From Psilocybe cubensis (lineage: Eukaryota): DNA of 64,000 nt. The translations under genes were made by a program, and so were the position numbers. Under the pieces are notes generated by a model. It saw only the letters and a list, made by a program, of their open reading frames with translations. It searched no databases and was not told the DNA's origin. Each line of letters opens with the position of its first letter. Position 1 is the first letter of the stretch. The stretch spans positions 1,054,001 through 1,118,000 of the forward strand of contig CM038999.1 in assembly GCA_017499595.2 (NCBI GenBank). Reading direction: 5' to 3'. Shown here piece by piece: positions 10,858 to 24,702 of this stretch.

Positions 10858-12862
10858 ATGCCCGAAGCAGTCGCTCAGCGAATTGTTCCTGGTGCTCCCC
10901 CACCGGCCCCACTGTCGAAGACCCAGAAGAAAAAGAGAAAGGCTAAGGCCAAGTCGGAGAACGGCGACGCCCCTGCTGTCATCGACACTGCAACCGCGCC
11001 GCTCATCGAAAAGGCTCCTGAACACGCCGAAATTCAAGACGGCGTTGTTGCTCCAGAACTGGTTGCTCGGACTGAGTCGCAGGGCACACCTCTTCCTGAG
11101 GAAGATGTCTTGTTAAAGCCTAGTCCCATCGTCGAGCTCGTTAACAAGCGTCTCAAGGCAACTACAAAGAAGATTGTGAGTTAATTTTGCAAGCACAGCG
11201 CAATCGTAACCTGATAATCATGTCTCCTTAGTCACGAATTACCATCTATGCTGCCACGGATCCTGAAAAGTTGAATGATGATCAAAAGCGTACACTGAAA
11301 ACTCTCCCTACACTTGAGGCTATTCAAAAAGAGCTTGGAGAAGTAAAGAAGGCAATCGAGGTGTGTGTTTTTTTATGTTATGTCGTTTCTACGACTCATC
11401 ATTGGTATCTAGGTGCATGAAGCCGACTTGGTGCAAGAATTGACCGTTAAGCGCCTTGAAGCTGAGAAGGCCGAAAAGGCCCGACTTGCTCAAGCTGTGT
11501 CTAGCGCAGAGGTCTGTCCTGTAGATTGTACCTACAGTGTATTGTTGACTAAATTTCTGTACAGTCTGCTCTCGTTTCTAAAGCGGGTGCCATTCTTGAC
11601 CTTCTTCGCTTCCGTGCAACTCTACACGATGGCTTGAGCAACGCTACTTTGTCCGACTCCCCTGAAATCTTGGCCCTTCTGGCCCATGCTGATGCTCTCG
11701 TTGGCAATGATGAAGAAACAAAACAAGCTACCCTCAAGACCTTGCTATTTGGTGAAGATTTTGCGGATATTACTTGTAAGCACCTGCCTGCAATTTTCTC
11801 GAGGACGTGTATCTAATTTATTCATAGCTTCAAAAATATTTGAAATTGTGGATTTGGCCTTCCACCCTCCACGCGCTCCTACGCCCCCTCAACCCGAAGA
11901 GGAACAACCCGCTGTCGCTCAATCCACAACAGAGCCCGAACCCGATGTCGCCGTGGCTGGTATTCAACCTCCAACGATGTCTAGCAGCTTCCGCTTCATT
12001 CAAGATAGTGAAATCGAAACTCCATCCTTTGACGAAGCTGAGTGGGTTGAGAAATCTGATGCTGCTGGTCACGTAGAGGAGCCTACCGTCAATGGGCACG
12101 TCCCTGAAGAAGCTGCTCCAGCTGCTGCCGCAGACGTACGCTATTTCTCTGTCTTTGAAACCCAACGATATTTGTCTAAATGATAACCTTTTAGCCAACA
12201 AATGGCCCCATCGATTGGGCAGCTGATGACGAAGGTGGTCTCCCATCCATCGCCGGACTCCACGCCGAATTCGGTACCTCAGGGTCTGCCACCCCCGCCG
12301 AAGCCGTAGACGCCACAGTACCTCAACCCGATGCTACTCCTGCCCCCGCCGCTAATGGCGACACCGAGCAGCCAGAAGACGATGGCTTCACGCAGGCCGG
12401 TCGCGGACGCCCTAGGGGTGGTCGTGGCGGACACAGGGGTCGTGGCCGTGGCCACCACGATGGGTTCCGCGGGGGAGAACGCGGTGGATTTAGAGGCGGT
12501 GAGAGGGGTGCATTCCGTGGTGGTGACCGTGGTGGATACAGGGGCGGTGACCGTGGCGAACGTGGAGAACGCCCTGAGCGAGGCGAGCGAAGTGATCGTG
12601 GTGGAAACTTCCGCGGTGGACGTGGTTAGTTGTGTATCTATGTATGCGTATTGTTCTTACTGACATTGATTCATAGGATTTAGTGGTCGTGGAGGCAGTG
12701 GCGGTGAATGGAGAGGTGATGGAAGGGGCCGTGGTCGCGGACGAGGTGATCGTGGAGGTAAGTCTAAAAACCGTTATTGACTCTGTTGTTTTTCTCAAGT
12801 GTATAATTTGTTTAGGAGCCCCTGGTACACCTACCACCCCTGCGCCTGCCCCGGCAGCATAA
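10858..12862 (+). CDS. Caprin-like RNA-binding protein (helical N-terminal domain, FIQDS motif, RGG tail)
   Basis: KRLKATTKKISRI..Y..DPEKLNDDQK resembles Caprin HR1; FRFIQDSEIE; C-terminal RGG/RG repeats (RGGFRGGERG...). Confidence 0.75.
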
Positions 12863-13285
12863 ACAATCGAGTTTCTGACTCGATACAAGAGTTACCTTGA
12901 GCAACTCCAACCACCTTTCGCCTACCTCTTCTCTTCCTGTTTCAGTCTTCCTCATCCTTGCTCGTGGTATCTATTTCGTAGTTACTTACTCCGTTCCATT
13001 CATTTATGCTCCTGTTGTTTTTATCCCCCATGCTGTAAGTGCTAACGATATATTATGTACCCGTGTATCATGCTTTCCGAATACCACATGCTTTCTTATT
13101 CTACTATATTGTCTTTGTTCAACGGAATGATTGGATTCAGTCGCGCGACCTTTTTATCTGATAAGATAAAAATAGACGTCTCTGCGGGGATGCCCCCACT
13201 GTATTCTCGCCTTCAACCGAAACTAACACCACCTGCCTAGGTCATTTCGACGACAACCTCTATTCATCTGTACTTTAATATTGCC

Positions 13286-14804
13286 ATGCCCGAGTATCTA
13301 TCGCAAGAGCAAATAGACAAGGTGAGTGATACATAAGCAAGCTTCAGAATCATAATTACTTTTGTTGACTCTATCTCGAATCATTTGATATTTAGTTCCA
13401 CAAGGACGGGTAGGGGGATCTATATCAACTGGATCCAACGTACGCTGATGAGGAAACTACAAGATACCTAGTGATCCCTAACTTTCTGGATAAAGAAGAG
13501 GCGCATACACTGTTGGCGCGGTCTAAACAACTGTTGGACGAGTTTGACATCCACGATCATCCTCTGGTGGGTCCATCGAATCTACGGTAGATGATATATG
13601 TTGTAGCTGATAATTATCTGGATTAATTTGCTTTTAGACGAAGTTTACGACTAGCGATGACAATCATGTCGGCGACGATTACTTCTTGAACTCTGGAGAT
13701 AAGATGTACGCCTCTGTATCATTTGTGCTCTCTGGGAAATCGACTCATATGCAACATTCATGCTTGTCCATCTCCTTAAAGTCGATATTTTTTGGAAGAA
13801 GATGCTGTGGATTCCAACGGGAAACTCACGAGGGAAAAGCAGAAGTCTGTGAACAAGATAGGACACGGTGGGTTTTTGGTTGCTGACCATTTTAACCGGA
13901 ATGCTAAACGAATGGCGGTTATACTTTTCTCTTCATGTTGTATTGGCTTCGTCTTCATCTCAGCTCTGCACGAACTCGATCCTGCATTTCGAAAGGTCAC
14001 TCTGGAGAATGAGCGTCTCCGAAGTCTCGTTAGAGATCTGAAGTTCCACAAGGATCCGGTAGGTATGTGTCACGCCTGAACAAGTTTGGACAGCCTTATC
14101 GTTGGACAGCCCTGCAGTCGATGGTAATAACCAAGCAAACACATATCGGTGGCGAAGGTGAATTTCTGGTTTTCCTCTGCTCGCTGTTTCAATTGGCTGA
14201 TGATCTGTCTACCTTAGTACCTGAACACAACGATTCAACATTCCTCGTGAGTTCGAGTCATCTCGTCCCTCAAATACTGTGACAATAAACATACGTACTC
14301 GCCTTTATCATCATCCAGTACACAGATCCACCTTCCGCTCTTGGATTCTGGATTGCCCTCGAGCAGTGTACTGCCACTAACGGTGCACTGTCTTTCCTAC
14401 CCGGCTCTCACAAGACCCATCCTGTTACTAAGCGCTTTGTTCGACTTGGAGAAAGAAAGGGAACAGGATTTGAGCCGCTTGTATCATCTGAGGAGGAACA
14501 GAGGCTGGCTGAAGCTGCTAAGGGAGGTTATATCCTTGAGACATGCAATCCAGGTTCGGTTCAGTTTTCTGCTCGGTCAAATTCCTATGTTAATGCGCTT
14601 GCTCTGCTAGGTGACCTGGTTCTCATCCACGGTACAGTGCTCCACAAATCTGAGCGAAATACGAGCCCGCACACTCGATTCGCGTACACCTTCCACATGA
14701 TCGAGTCACCGCCCCACGCTAAATACGATGAGAAGAACTGGCTTCAGCCCACGAAGGAGATGCCGTTCTCTCGAATTTTGCCCGCTGGAGAAGTTAACGC
14801 ATGA
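13286..14804 (+). CDS. Phytanoyl-CoA dioxygenase family Fe(II)/2-oxoglutarate dioxygenase (PHYHD1-like)
   Basis: YFLNSGDK, VNKIGH, ALHELDP, QSMVITKQ..IGGEVPEHNDSTFL (HxD), GFWIALE, GALSFLPGSH, LVLIHGTVLHKSERN..R.AYTFH. Confidence 0.92.
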
Positions 14805-15471
14805 ACGCAATACGTCGTGTCATTAATGTGAAAAACATCGTACTAATCTTGCCGTCGTGTGTAATTTCGTTATTAATAGAATTTATTTGACGTTTCCTGG
14901 TTCATAGACGAGGCGACCAGGCATGACAAGTAGCCAGGACAACAATACACTGCAGATGACTTAATACCTTGCATTGCATGGCCTCTGTCTGTTTATCACA
15001 ATGATGGATGGTGATTGTACATAATGTTACTTTGCTGGTGGTTATTTCTATCGACTCATTGCTAATTCTGTAGCTGTTGAACGTTGGTCTCCGACAATAA
15101 AGGAGCGCCTTTTCATTGCCTGCCACTTCTTCAGGCTGTACATGTCTCTCCCTCTAAAGGGCATTTGTCTGAGAAATTGGGCGTGATTTGACATGAATAA
15201 GAGTCCTTGGGCGCCGTTTTATTCACCAATTTCAAAGCTGCAACCATGATGTCCCTCTGGATCGACACAGCGCTATGGACCTTGGCCCAGAGTGTCGTCG
15301 CCAAGACATATCCGGCATATCGCCGTTCACAGTTCGATATATCAAGGTATTATTGAAAGCACAGCAAAAGACGGCCTTTTCAATCCCGTTGGCTTGCTTG
15401 CACTACCCCCTTACCATGTGACCTAAAGAAACTTCGTAGAATTCCACAGGAACACGGATTATTAGCTGTTT

Positions 15472-16827
15472 TCATTGAAATAAACGCGGAATATCAACAT
15501 TTCTTTGTGGCGGATTCCAGTCCGCACCAAAGGAGGATTTTAGTATATCCATCATCGACCTAGGTTTTGTCATCTGGCACAACCTCCTTTCTGTCCACCA
15601 TCGCAATCTCTTCCATTGAGCTTCTTCTATCCAAATCATGCGCATCTCATCTCGCGTTCTTCTGTCAGATAACCAGAACTGATAATAAAACCATGGATCG
15701 CCGCATTCACCGCTGTAATAGCCTAGATGCAGGCCAGGTATAACTTTGCTTGGGGCCATTCCATGATGAACAGGAGATTTGGGTGCCTTTTGATCCTTCA
15801 CCCAGATCGTAAATATCCTCTCAGGGAATAGCAGGAATAGTGAGTTGAATACGTCCTGGTCTATCCCCACGAACATCCATTGCGATATGTAATAATCGTG
15901 GTATGCGTAGAACGTTTTAGAGAACCATGCGATCGTTGATGGGCTGCCACCGAAGAACGAGCCTGTGACATAATCATGAAATTTCAAGGGCTAACAACAC
16001 CGTAAAATTTGCTTACCTTCGCTCACCTGTCCTCCCGGGTTCGCAATTGGACCCATGCCCTCTTGCCAATCCCTGACATTTTCGGACATAGTTTCAAATA
16101 TGGGAAAGAATAACAAGTCCTCTTTCTTCGTCCCTGTCAATTTACTGCCTTCCTCCCAAACCTGCTGTACTCTATCCGGATCCGGCCAGTGAGTATAGCG
16201 GTGATTGGCTCTGAAGCTTCCGCCGTCATTCCAGAAGGCATAATCGTAAACCTTGCCCTTCTCTTTCAATGCCTGCACTGCCGAGTTTAAAAGAAAAGGT
16301 TTCGCGTTCCAGATAGCGTACAGCTCTGGAGAGTGGTGCCACTTCTCTTGGTCAATCTCATTCATCCTGGCGTACACCCTTTCCCGGCCTTGCAATGGCG
16401 GTATGTCAAATGGCGAGGAATATGCGGAATTTATGGTGATAGGAAGGTCCCCCCGGAATTCTTTGACCGTCTCCACAAGGTCAGGCGTCGTGTACATGTA
16501 GATGTCGGTAGTGATAGGCGTCAAAAAGTTTTTTAGCCAAATAGCATAGTCTTCCTTGGAATGCTTCGATTTTGCCAAGGGGAACATTGCAGAGACGATG
16601 AGGATTTGGGTACCATTTGACTCCCGAGTACATGGCATACCCATCTCTGCAACCTCAAAGTCGTTGATAGCCATTAGATGCGGAGGAGGTGTAACCATGC
16701 CCCCGGCAAGCAAATAATATAGAACCCAAAACGTGAAGAAAAACAAGAGACATCGGATCGTTCTACGGGATGTCGAGGTCGTTATGGTAGGTCGGCCGTA
16801 CATCTTTGTGGTGGGTAAGTGTGGCAT
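15472..16827 (-). CDS. Type II membrane protein, HtrL/YibB-like putative glycosyltransferase
   Basis: N-terminal TM (CLLFFFTFWVLYYLLAG); SKHSKEDYAIW; ELYAIWNAKPFLL; YDYAFWNDGGSFR; GSFFGG; FVGIDQDVFN; WFYYQFWL; one intron at about 15963-16018. Confidence 0.7.
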
Positions 16828-18223
16828 GAGCGAACAGGCGATTAAGTGCAATGGTGAATCATAGTAATTACCAGAGTGATGAATGCAGAGGTGTCTTATA
16901 TAGCGCCATCACCAGTGACGTTGCTGCGTCGGTGGAAGTGTAGGCGTTGGCATGCCTTGGAAACTTGAATTACTTGATGCTGCGGGCAGTGCATTTGAGA
17001 TCAAAAAATCCAGGGAGCCGTCAACTCAGCAAACGTTTTTGAAGCTATAGATAGACATTTGAAAGCGCTTAACGATATTGGGTCACGTATAAAAAAAACC
17101 CAATCATATAAATACCTATCGCCATTGGTCACAATGCTCCAGTAGAGGTCTTGAATATCTAATCATTTGAGATGTACTTGGTAACTTGGACAGATTAAGC
17201 CAACTTCAGACATCCGGCTAGGTTATGATCATGGTGATAACTGCTAATTATCTGTGTCACCGCCTCGTCATCCAAGTGATCCCATAGACCTAACTTCATG
17301 CATTAAGTTTGTACAAGTGAGTTGGTAAGGAACTAAATACCTAATTTCCAAGTGTGTTTGTAACTTGCTGTCCTGAACAGTAAAGAATCACATTATTCAT
17401 GAACTGCTAAACTGCGGAGTAACAATATGCCCTGGTTCGGGCAGAGGGGCATTCATTCATGTCAAATGAACCCCTTACTCGGCTGCGCGGAAGGATGAAG
17501 AAGATGTGTACGAGCTTTTAGGCAGAAAAACGGCGTTGGTAGAGCGTCTGTGAACATGTGCCATAGCCGCGGTTGAATGCTCCTGGATATCCGAAATGTT
17601 GCCCAAATTGTTTGGCAGGAGTGGGTGGGAGGGTTGATTTCTGTTCAATGAAAAACAATGACACAAAAAAGGTGGCAAAGCGGGAGAATGAAGCAAAGAA
17701 CGTTGCACGTAAACAAAGTCCTCCGAGTTGAACATGATCACGAAGAAGTTCCTGTTGCCTGCGGCCTTCGCTGGTAATCCCAGTCTGTGAGATTTCTGTC
17801 GGAGATTTAATTACATACTTAGGGGCGGCCATCTTCACCATCGTGAGTCCAGGCATGAGGCATGGAACAACTACAGACCAATATCGAGCTGTACATTCTC
17901 AGGGTGATAACAACCATTCTCTCATATCAATCAAACTGTTTGAGTACAGATGCAAGAACTTGCAGGAAGCAAACCTTGTTTATCCGAGTTTTGAATCATA
18001 CTTCTCAAGCAAGTTGGAAGGGATCGCGCACAATACCACTCGCCATTCGTAGCTCGTAGCTCGAGCTGTGCGTAAATCCAAACTCTGTGTAAAGAACAAG
18101 TAATCCTTCTTTTCTCAGTTTCCACCATATTGCCTTCGGTTGCTTCTGGGTCGGCGAAAAGCCACTTTGTTGCCAACCGTAATGTAATCGCAACCGCTGT
18201 ATACATATGTAAGTGTGATCATT

Positions 18224-19260
18224 TTATAGCCATGTATGTCTCTGCACGCCCTTTATATCGCCATTGTCTGAGATATACCCGTCCTCGACCAACCTTTCTA
18301 CCCACCTCCAAAAGTTGGATGGTCCGAAACCATCGTTCACATTCCACGAAGCTGTATCCCCCAGGTTTTTTAAAATGACCACTGAGACGCCAAGCTGCAA
18401 GCGAGCAAAATTCAACAACCCATCCTTCCACGCATGGATAAAATTAGCAGGCAGTAGAATAACGAAATATCGAAGATTAGGTGCGGCCTGCATAATCCGA
18501 TGAACGACGGTGTAGCGGCAAAAAGACACAGCAAAGTGTGTCAAATGCTGGAATAAGGCCAGGTGATTGGGAACGGATGTTGCAGCGTTACCAGATAACG
18601 CAGAGTCCAGGTTGTCCCACGAATTGAGGAACCTGTCTGGATGGTCCGTGACTATCGTCAGATGTGTCAACGACGTGAGGATTTTGGGAGGAATCTCATG
18701 AGCTTGGTGTGATGTTAGAGTCCTCTCGCTATTATGTCTGTATACCAGGGTCATCCTCCGAAGATGTGGGGATCTGATGAGGTTCAAAATATTGTACATC
18801 TCTTGTGAGTACGCCACCCCGAAAAGTGTGAATGAGATTATGTTCCGTAATTCCGCAAGAACGGGTTTCAAACACGCCATACTGACATCCTCAGTGAGTG
18901 TCAAGGACTTCACGAGTTTGTTATAAAAATGTGTTGGCTTGGACCCTATTGCACGGAGAAAACATGAACCTGCACGGGAGTTACGAAGAACGATCCTTTG
19001 GTACAGAATCGGACGAACCCTTTGGAAGTCCAGAATTAGTTCCCAAATGACCCCGTCGTAAGATGCACTTCTTACCAATTGCTTACAAAACTCGAGACTT
19101 CTGTTAAACGAAATGCAGATATACCATTTAAAGTCGCCGCGATCTCAAAAATCTCCCTTTGAAGCTCGTATGGCAATTGTGAAGTGGTAATTTCCCGAGA
19201 TGCACCTTGATGGCTAGATTCTGCGCCCGAGATTGCACTTAGCGAGGAAAGGGTCTTCAT
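18224..19260 (-). CDS. F-box-like / LRR-type Agaricales-expanded protein
   Basis: LPYELQREIFEIAA...WVRPILYQRIVL...LTHLTI...LTHFAV; one intron at about 19021-19076. Confidence 0.7.
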
Positions 19261-19609
19261 CTGAAAGTGGGAGAATCCTAAGGGAGAAAATGAAAGGAGC
19301 TATGAGGAGTGCAAGGCGAAATCGCAGAAAGCGAAGATGAGTCAATAATGTGTCGGATCATTGGCAAAAGAAACATACCTCTCACATCGTGGGAGGTTGA
19401 GGTAAGCCAGTCCGTCAGTCATCATTCTACCTCGAAATGTCATAGTCAGTGGATGTCTTTTACTCTTGACAACCTCTACGACTGTTCTAGCCGGGTCAGC
19501 ATAAAATCATAGGTCTGTATCATTTCACTATCCCGAAAAGGAAGATACACCTCTGAGTTGCCGTACCATTATGTAAATTATAGTACACCAAATTTTACAA
19601 TGTACTGCT

Positions 19610-20294
19610 TCAGTATTCATAAATTTTGTGCCTCATCGAGATTATGGGATTGTGACGCGTTTGAATCGGAAATATCTTCCCCCTTTAAAATAGGGAATTG
19701 ACGCATGAATAAAACTGCTAATTCATCAGGATTGGTAGGTCGTTCAATTGTCAAGTTCATTTGACGAGCAATCAAAGCAGCGAGAATATGTTTGCACTAT
19801 AGTTGTTTAGGTACAAAAATGTATCGAAGGAGAAATAAACGTACCATGAGGTGTGTTTCCAGTCTGAGGACGGAATGGAGAAATGCGAGGCAAGAACATG
19901 AGTATTGCATTGGCGAAGCTTGAATATCGAGCAAGACTGAATATGACGAAGTGGACGTTCCTATAGTGTTCTCACTTGTGTCTGTCGACGCTATTACTTC
20001 ATATTCAGTGTGTCCCCAGGAAGTCACATAATGAATGACTAAAGCCGACGTCAACACCAAAAAGACGCGTCTTCATACCACCGACATACCATTTTTTCGA
20101 TCGATGAGGTCTAAAGCTGCAATAATCAGTTTCTCGGGAAAGAGTGAATTTAGAAGTTCAAGAGTTTCATCGCTCAAAACTGTCAGCGTTGAATAACTGT
20201 TCACACTGTAAGCGGAATGAAACTCACAAGAACATTTTGGATCTATAGACTGGATAACTGATTTGGCCAGACGCAGCAGCTCGTCCGATGACAT
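19610..20294 (-). CDS. SWS1: SWIM zinc-finger protein, SWS1/ZSWIM7 (Shu complex)-like
   Basis: LLNSLFP..LIIAALDLID; YSCSCLAF...LMCKHILA (CxC...CxH SWIM motif assembled across an intron). Confidence 0.75.
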
Positions 20295-21082
20295 ACGGAT
20301 ACGTGTGCCTTTTAGTACCGTTTCCGAAACGAAAGAGTTAGATGCTTGGTTGTGATTTTGTCGAAGTGGGTTCACGCTGCACGTCAGGTCTGACTTCGTA
20401 CTCTCTTTGAATGCATATGGCGTGTCTTCACAGCAAGGTCGTTATGAAGACTTTCTTGGTTGAAAGCAGAAACAGTTTATCGACGTAGTGGCCTCAGTGC
20501 CATGCAGAGTAATGATGAAAAAACAGGAACAACTTCCAGGCTCCAGCTCATTGACAATGACAAAGCGGATCAAGATCGGACATTACAAACAACACAATTT
20601 TAGTACCATATATGGCAAGTTAGAACAATATTTCAGAGTCAGTTTAACCTCCGATGTATTGCCTCCGAATTGGCTTCATTTTCCGAACTTTCCACCCTGT
20701 TTACGGTCTATTCTCCACAGGCTATAATATCTCTAAATTCCCATAAGTCTGAAAGAATGTCCTAATTATTGACATGCTTCCCAAAATTAGAAACTACTAT
20801 TACTTATAAAGTTCCCTTGTTAGTACTCAACTTCTTACGTTGAATATTCTCCAGAACATGAACATCATTTGATTTATTCTTGCAGCGTTCTGCAAAAGAA
20901 AATTGCAAAATTCTCACCTGTCACAAGAAATTACTACCACCTGTTTGTGAGAAGGGGAATAAAAAATTTTGCTTGAGGTGTAAGTAATTGGTATAAGAAT
21001 TTTAACATCTCCTCCAGCGCTGATGGAAGACAGGATGGACCAGGATAGAACAGCGCCGGAATTCTCGAGTTCATGGTATGTA

Positions 21083-21768
21083 TCATCCGCTGAACTTCCC
21101 AACAGTGGATCTCTGCAGAGACATCCGATCTAATTCAAGAACATCACCATCTATGGCCCTAATGCCAGCGAACTTAACGTTGAACGTTGTCCCCTGAGTC
21201 TTCATTCGTATAGTTTTCTTCCACCTTTTTTAAAAATTTCTGTTGAAGTCTATGTGACCGTGAAAAGAATTTACATCCTCTGAATAGCCAGATGCCCGGC
21301 CCGAATTGCTTGAGCTATTCCCTGTGCTCTGCTTTCCGGCTTCATGGAGGCTGTTCTTTATTGCTGGGAATATTGGGCTGAGTCTGTCGAACTACTCAGC
21401 CCCGGGAAGCAAATATATCTTAACACTGGAATGCAGCCAACCGTAAAATCTCACGCTTGGCCGCGTTTCTGTCATGGGGTTATGTTTGTCTATCGCTTAC
21501 AGACTTCCGCGTCATGACGAGCCGGGAAGGTAGCATATTTCTCGGCCATCCTCATTTCTACGCGCTTAAAAATAGGGCTGCTTGGGTTATCTCGTAAGTA
21601 ACTCATTGACATGCCGTGTTGGTTTCCGATGTTCCCAAGAGTTCCTAGTGTCCCAGTAACGGAATAACTAATATGGATTTCTACGACGCCTAAATATGGT
21701 AAGCAGTGTTCTATTTCAGAGGAAATGAGGCACACTAACTTTATCAGCCACATACGCGATGACGACAT
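21083..21768 (-). CDS. Possible hypothetical or degenerate multi-exon gene
   Basis: Short open segments separated by GT..AG-like stretches (…KRVEMRMAEKYATFP…/…FDRLSPIFPAIR…/…FNVKFAGIRAIDG…); no recognisable domain. Confidence 0.25.
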
Positions 21769-22538
21769 TTAAATAATCCCCAAAGTTCCTGCAGAGATGA
21801 CTCTTCTATTACTGTGTTATTCTAGCACTTTTGAACCAGAGTTGTCAAAATTATATTTTATACAATAAAAGTGTAATACACCTCAGGCATATTGGCGAAC
21901 AAGCCGGTTACTCTGTTGCTACTTTACAGAATTGAACTTCTTCAGAGACCGGGAGCCATCTGAACGACAGTTGGCATATCAATGCGGGGGTGAGGGATCG
22001 AAAATTATTCTACAAATTCTACGTGTGTTGAGACTTTGCAGAAAGTGAGATTTCAATGCTGTAGTCGAACCGTCCAACCAATCACTGTTTATACAGAAAG
22101 CCTCGGGCGCTTCAGGATGGAAATATAATCGGGGATTCAAACAGAGACTGCCAAAGTGATGGCCGAGGTTTGTTGTTTAAAAATAAACTGATCGATTTCA
22201 TGAACAGAAGGCGTACCCGTGAATGACCATGCCCTCTCACGTCCACCGTCTGCTGCGGAACCGTTCATGAATCAAATCCAATTTGAGATGAAAAGGCTGA
22301 CATTGCGGCGCGGAATGAATTTAGAGAGGAAAGATGGGAACTGAGGTACAAATAGGTGCGTGGGTACGCCATTTTGCCCACTGACTAGCATTATCTGTGG
22401 CTTCCAGCTCACTTCCACGGTTCACCCTTGCTTCTCATATCGTCTGGGAGGAGGTTCTGCACCAGCATTTACTTTCCCTTTTTCCCTTCCCATCTTTTGT
22501 TGTCGCTCTCCCTCTGTTCTGTCTGGTCGCCCACCATC

Positions 22539-24702
22539 ATGGCCCCTTTGGCCTTCATACTGCCTTCTCTACTTCTCTCTGGCCTTGCTGTGTCTGCAGA
22601 TCCTGTGCACGTACCACTAGCGCGTCGCTCACAAAGGCGTCTTGACGTTAACGCGGAGGCACTCAAACTTAAGTTTAAGTATGGGCTTTTAGACCGAAAT
22701 GCCGCCCTCCCACTATCTGCTCGTTACATGAAACGAGCAAACAGTGCCGCCATTCCTATTGTAAACCAGGTAGGTGTTCTTCCATCTACTGAACGTTTTG
22801 CTATTTCATCCACTGAACGTTGACCTCAGGACGGGGACTCGAGTTATTTTGGGAGCATAACAATAGGCACGCCGTAAGTGTCCGTCGTGTGCAATGCAGT
22901 TTCATCGCGGCAACGTTGTATCATCCATACATGTGGAACCTCCTGCCACTTTGTGTCAGTTTCAAACACTGACCCAACGATCGATGTCGCTTGGTTGGCT
23001 TCACCGAAATAAGGCGAAAAACAGCAAATGACTGTCCCCTTGACTTCTACCTCTGCTTGATCGATGTCTATTTTGTTTGCCATGCGCAATCTAAAGCTGA
23101 TGTCCATACAGACCTCAAACCTTTAATGTTATTCTGGACACTGGGTCATCTGATCTCTGGGTTCCCATTGCTCCATGTTCACAATGCAATGAAAACACGG
23201 GTCGATGCCGTTCCTGTGCTCCAGACATGCCTCTTTTCCAACCTTCGCAGTCTTCCTCTTTCAAAGCATCCAACTCCATGAACGATCAGATCGAGATTGA
23301 CTACGGGTCTGGTGCGGTGAAGGGAACGTTGGGTTCAGATTCTGTAACGATGGGTGGCTTTACAATGAGCCAAACTTTCCGTAAGTCAAATTACTTGCTT
23401 GTACAGCGAACAATAACCTAATCATTTTGGTATACATCAGTCACAGTTACGAAACTTACCACCAACTTGCTCGAAGGCACAGTGTCCGGAATTATGGGTC
23501 TTGCCTTCTCCAGTATTGCAAGTACTCGTGCGACACCATTCTGGCAAGCTTTATCGAGCGCCGGTCAACTCTCCTCTCCGGAGTTAAGTTTCTTCCTCAC
23601 GAGGGCCGATCCCAACTCTCAGTCCCTTGACAATCCTGGAGGGGTATTTACGCTAGGAGGAACTAATTCTTCGCTTTTTACTGGGAACATTGAATTCAAC
23701 AACATGCCCGCCAACAGTCAAGCTTCATTCTGGCTGCAGAGTCTGTCTGGTCAGATTTACATATTTTGTCGACGTAAAGTTTCGCTAAATCATTGATAAA
23801 CAGCGGTCACGGTCAATGGAAAATCTGTTTCAATCACTGCAGGAGACTCTGCCATATCTGCCATCGACACTGGTACAACACTGATTGGGGGACCTTCAGC
23901 CGATGTTGCCGCAATTTGGGCCGCCGTTCCAGGCTCTAGCCCCTCGCTTGAAAATCCTGGATTCTTTGGCTTTCGTAAGTTCCACGCTTGGTTCGTATGT
24001 TTTCCTTGATGCTAATGTTGAATTGGAATATCCGGGTCAGCCTGTACAACTGATGTCGCGGTCACTGTATCCTTTGGCGGGAAAGCATGGCCTATTAGTT
24101 CCCAAGATATGAATACGGGTCCCGATCAGCCTGGTAGCTCGACTTGCTTGGGTGCCATTTTCGACCTTACCATGGGAACCAACATACCTGCTAGTTCTGG
24201 AAACCCAAGTTGGGTATTTGGAGATACATTCTTGGTTCGTTCTTGCCCGACATCTCTCGTTTACAACACTAATATAGCTATTTATGTCACCGTACGGTTG
24301 ATGGATTTTAGAAAAATGTATACACTGTATTCCGCGCGTCTTCACCTCCTGCGGTAGGATTCGCCCAACTCTCAAGTCTTGCAGGCGGAACAGGTGCGAC
24401 AACGTCTGCGCCAGCCTCAGCTTCAAGCCCGTCACTTACAGGACTCTCATCTGAACCCATTATACCTCCCACTGCTCCATCGGTCATTCCACCTACTGTT
24501 ATTGTTACAACAGGAGTGCCGAGTTCTAGTGACGGATCGAGTCCTCCTGGAAGTAACGACAGTACAAGTAAGTGGCAGCTTCTGCTTCATCTACGCTCTC
24601 CAATTTTGGATATTCTTTTCAGACACGGCTTCACGACCCATATCTATCTCAAGGATAGCTCTGGCTCTCTTCTTGATACCACTCGTGACAGCTCTCTTGT
24701 AA
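22539..24702 (+). CDS. Secreted/GPI-type pepsin-family (A1) aspartic protease, copy A
   Basis: Signal peptide, propeptide ending KR, LDTGSSDLWV, YGSG, GIMGLAF, AIDTGTTLIGG, WVFGDTFLKNVY, VGFA, Ser/Thr/Pro tail and hydrophobic C-terminus. Confidence 0.93.

Noticed and set aside
13445-13457. CTGATGA-G-GAAAC hammerhead-like core in a PhyH intron
   Set aside because: No stem II and no properly placed NUH site; CTGAT is simply the intron branch point
17475-18206. Short overlapping ORFs between the HtrL-like and F-box genes
   Set aside because: No recognisable domain or consistent exon chain
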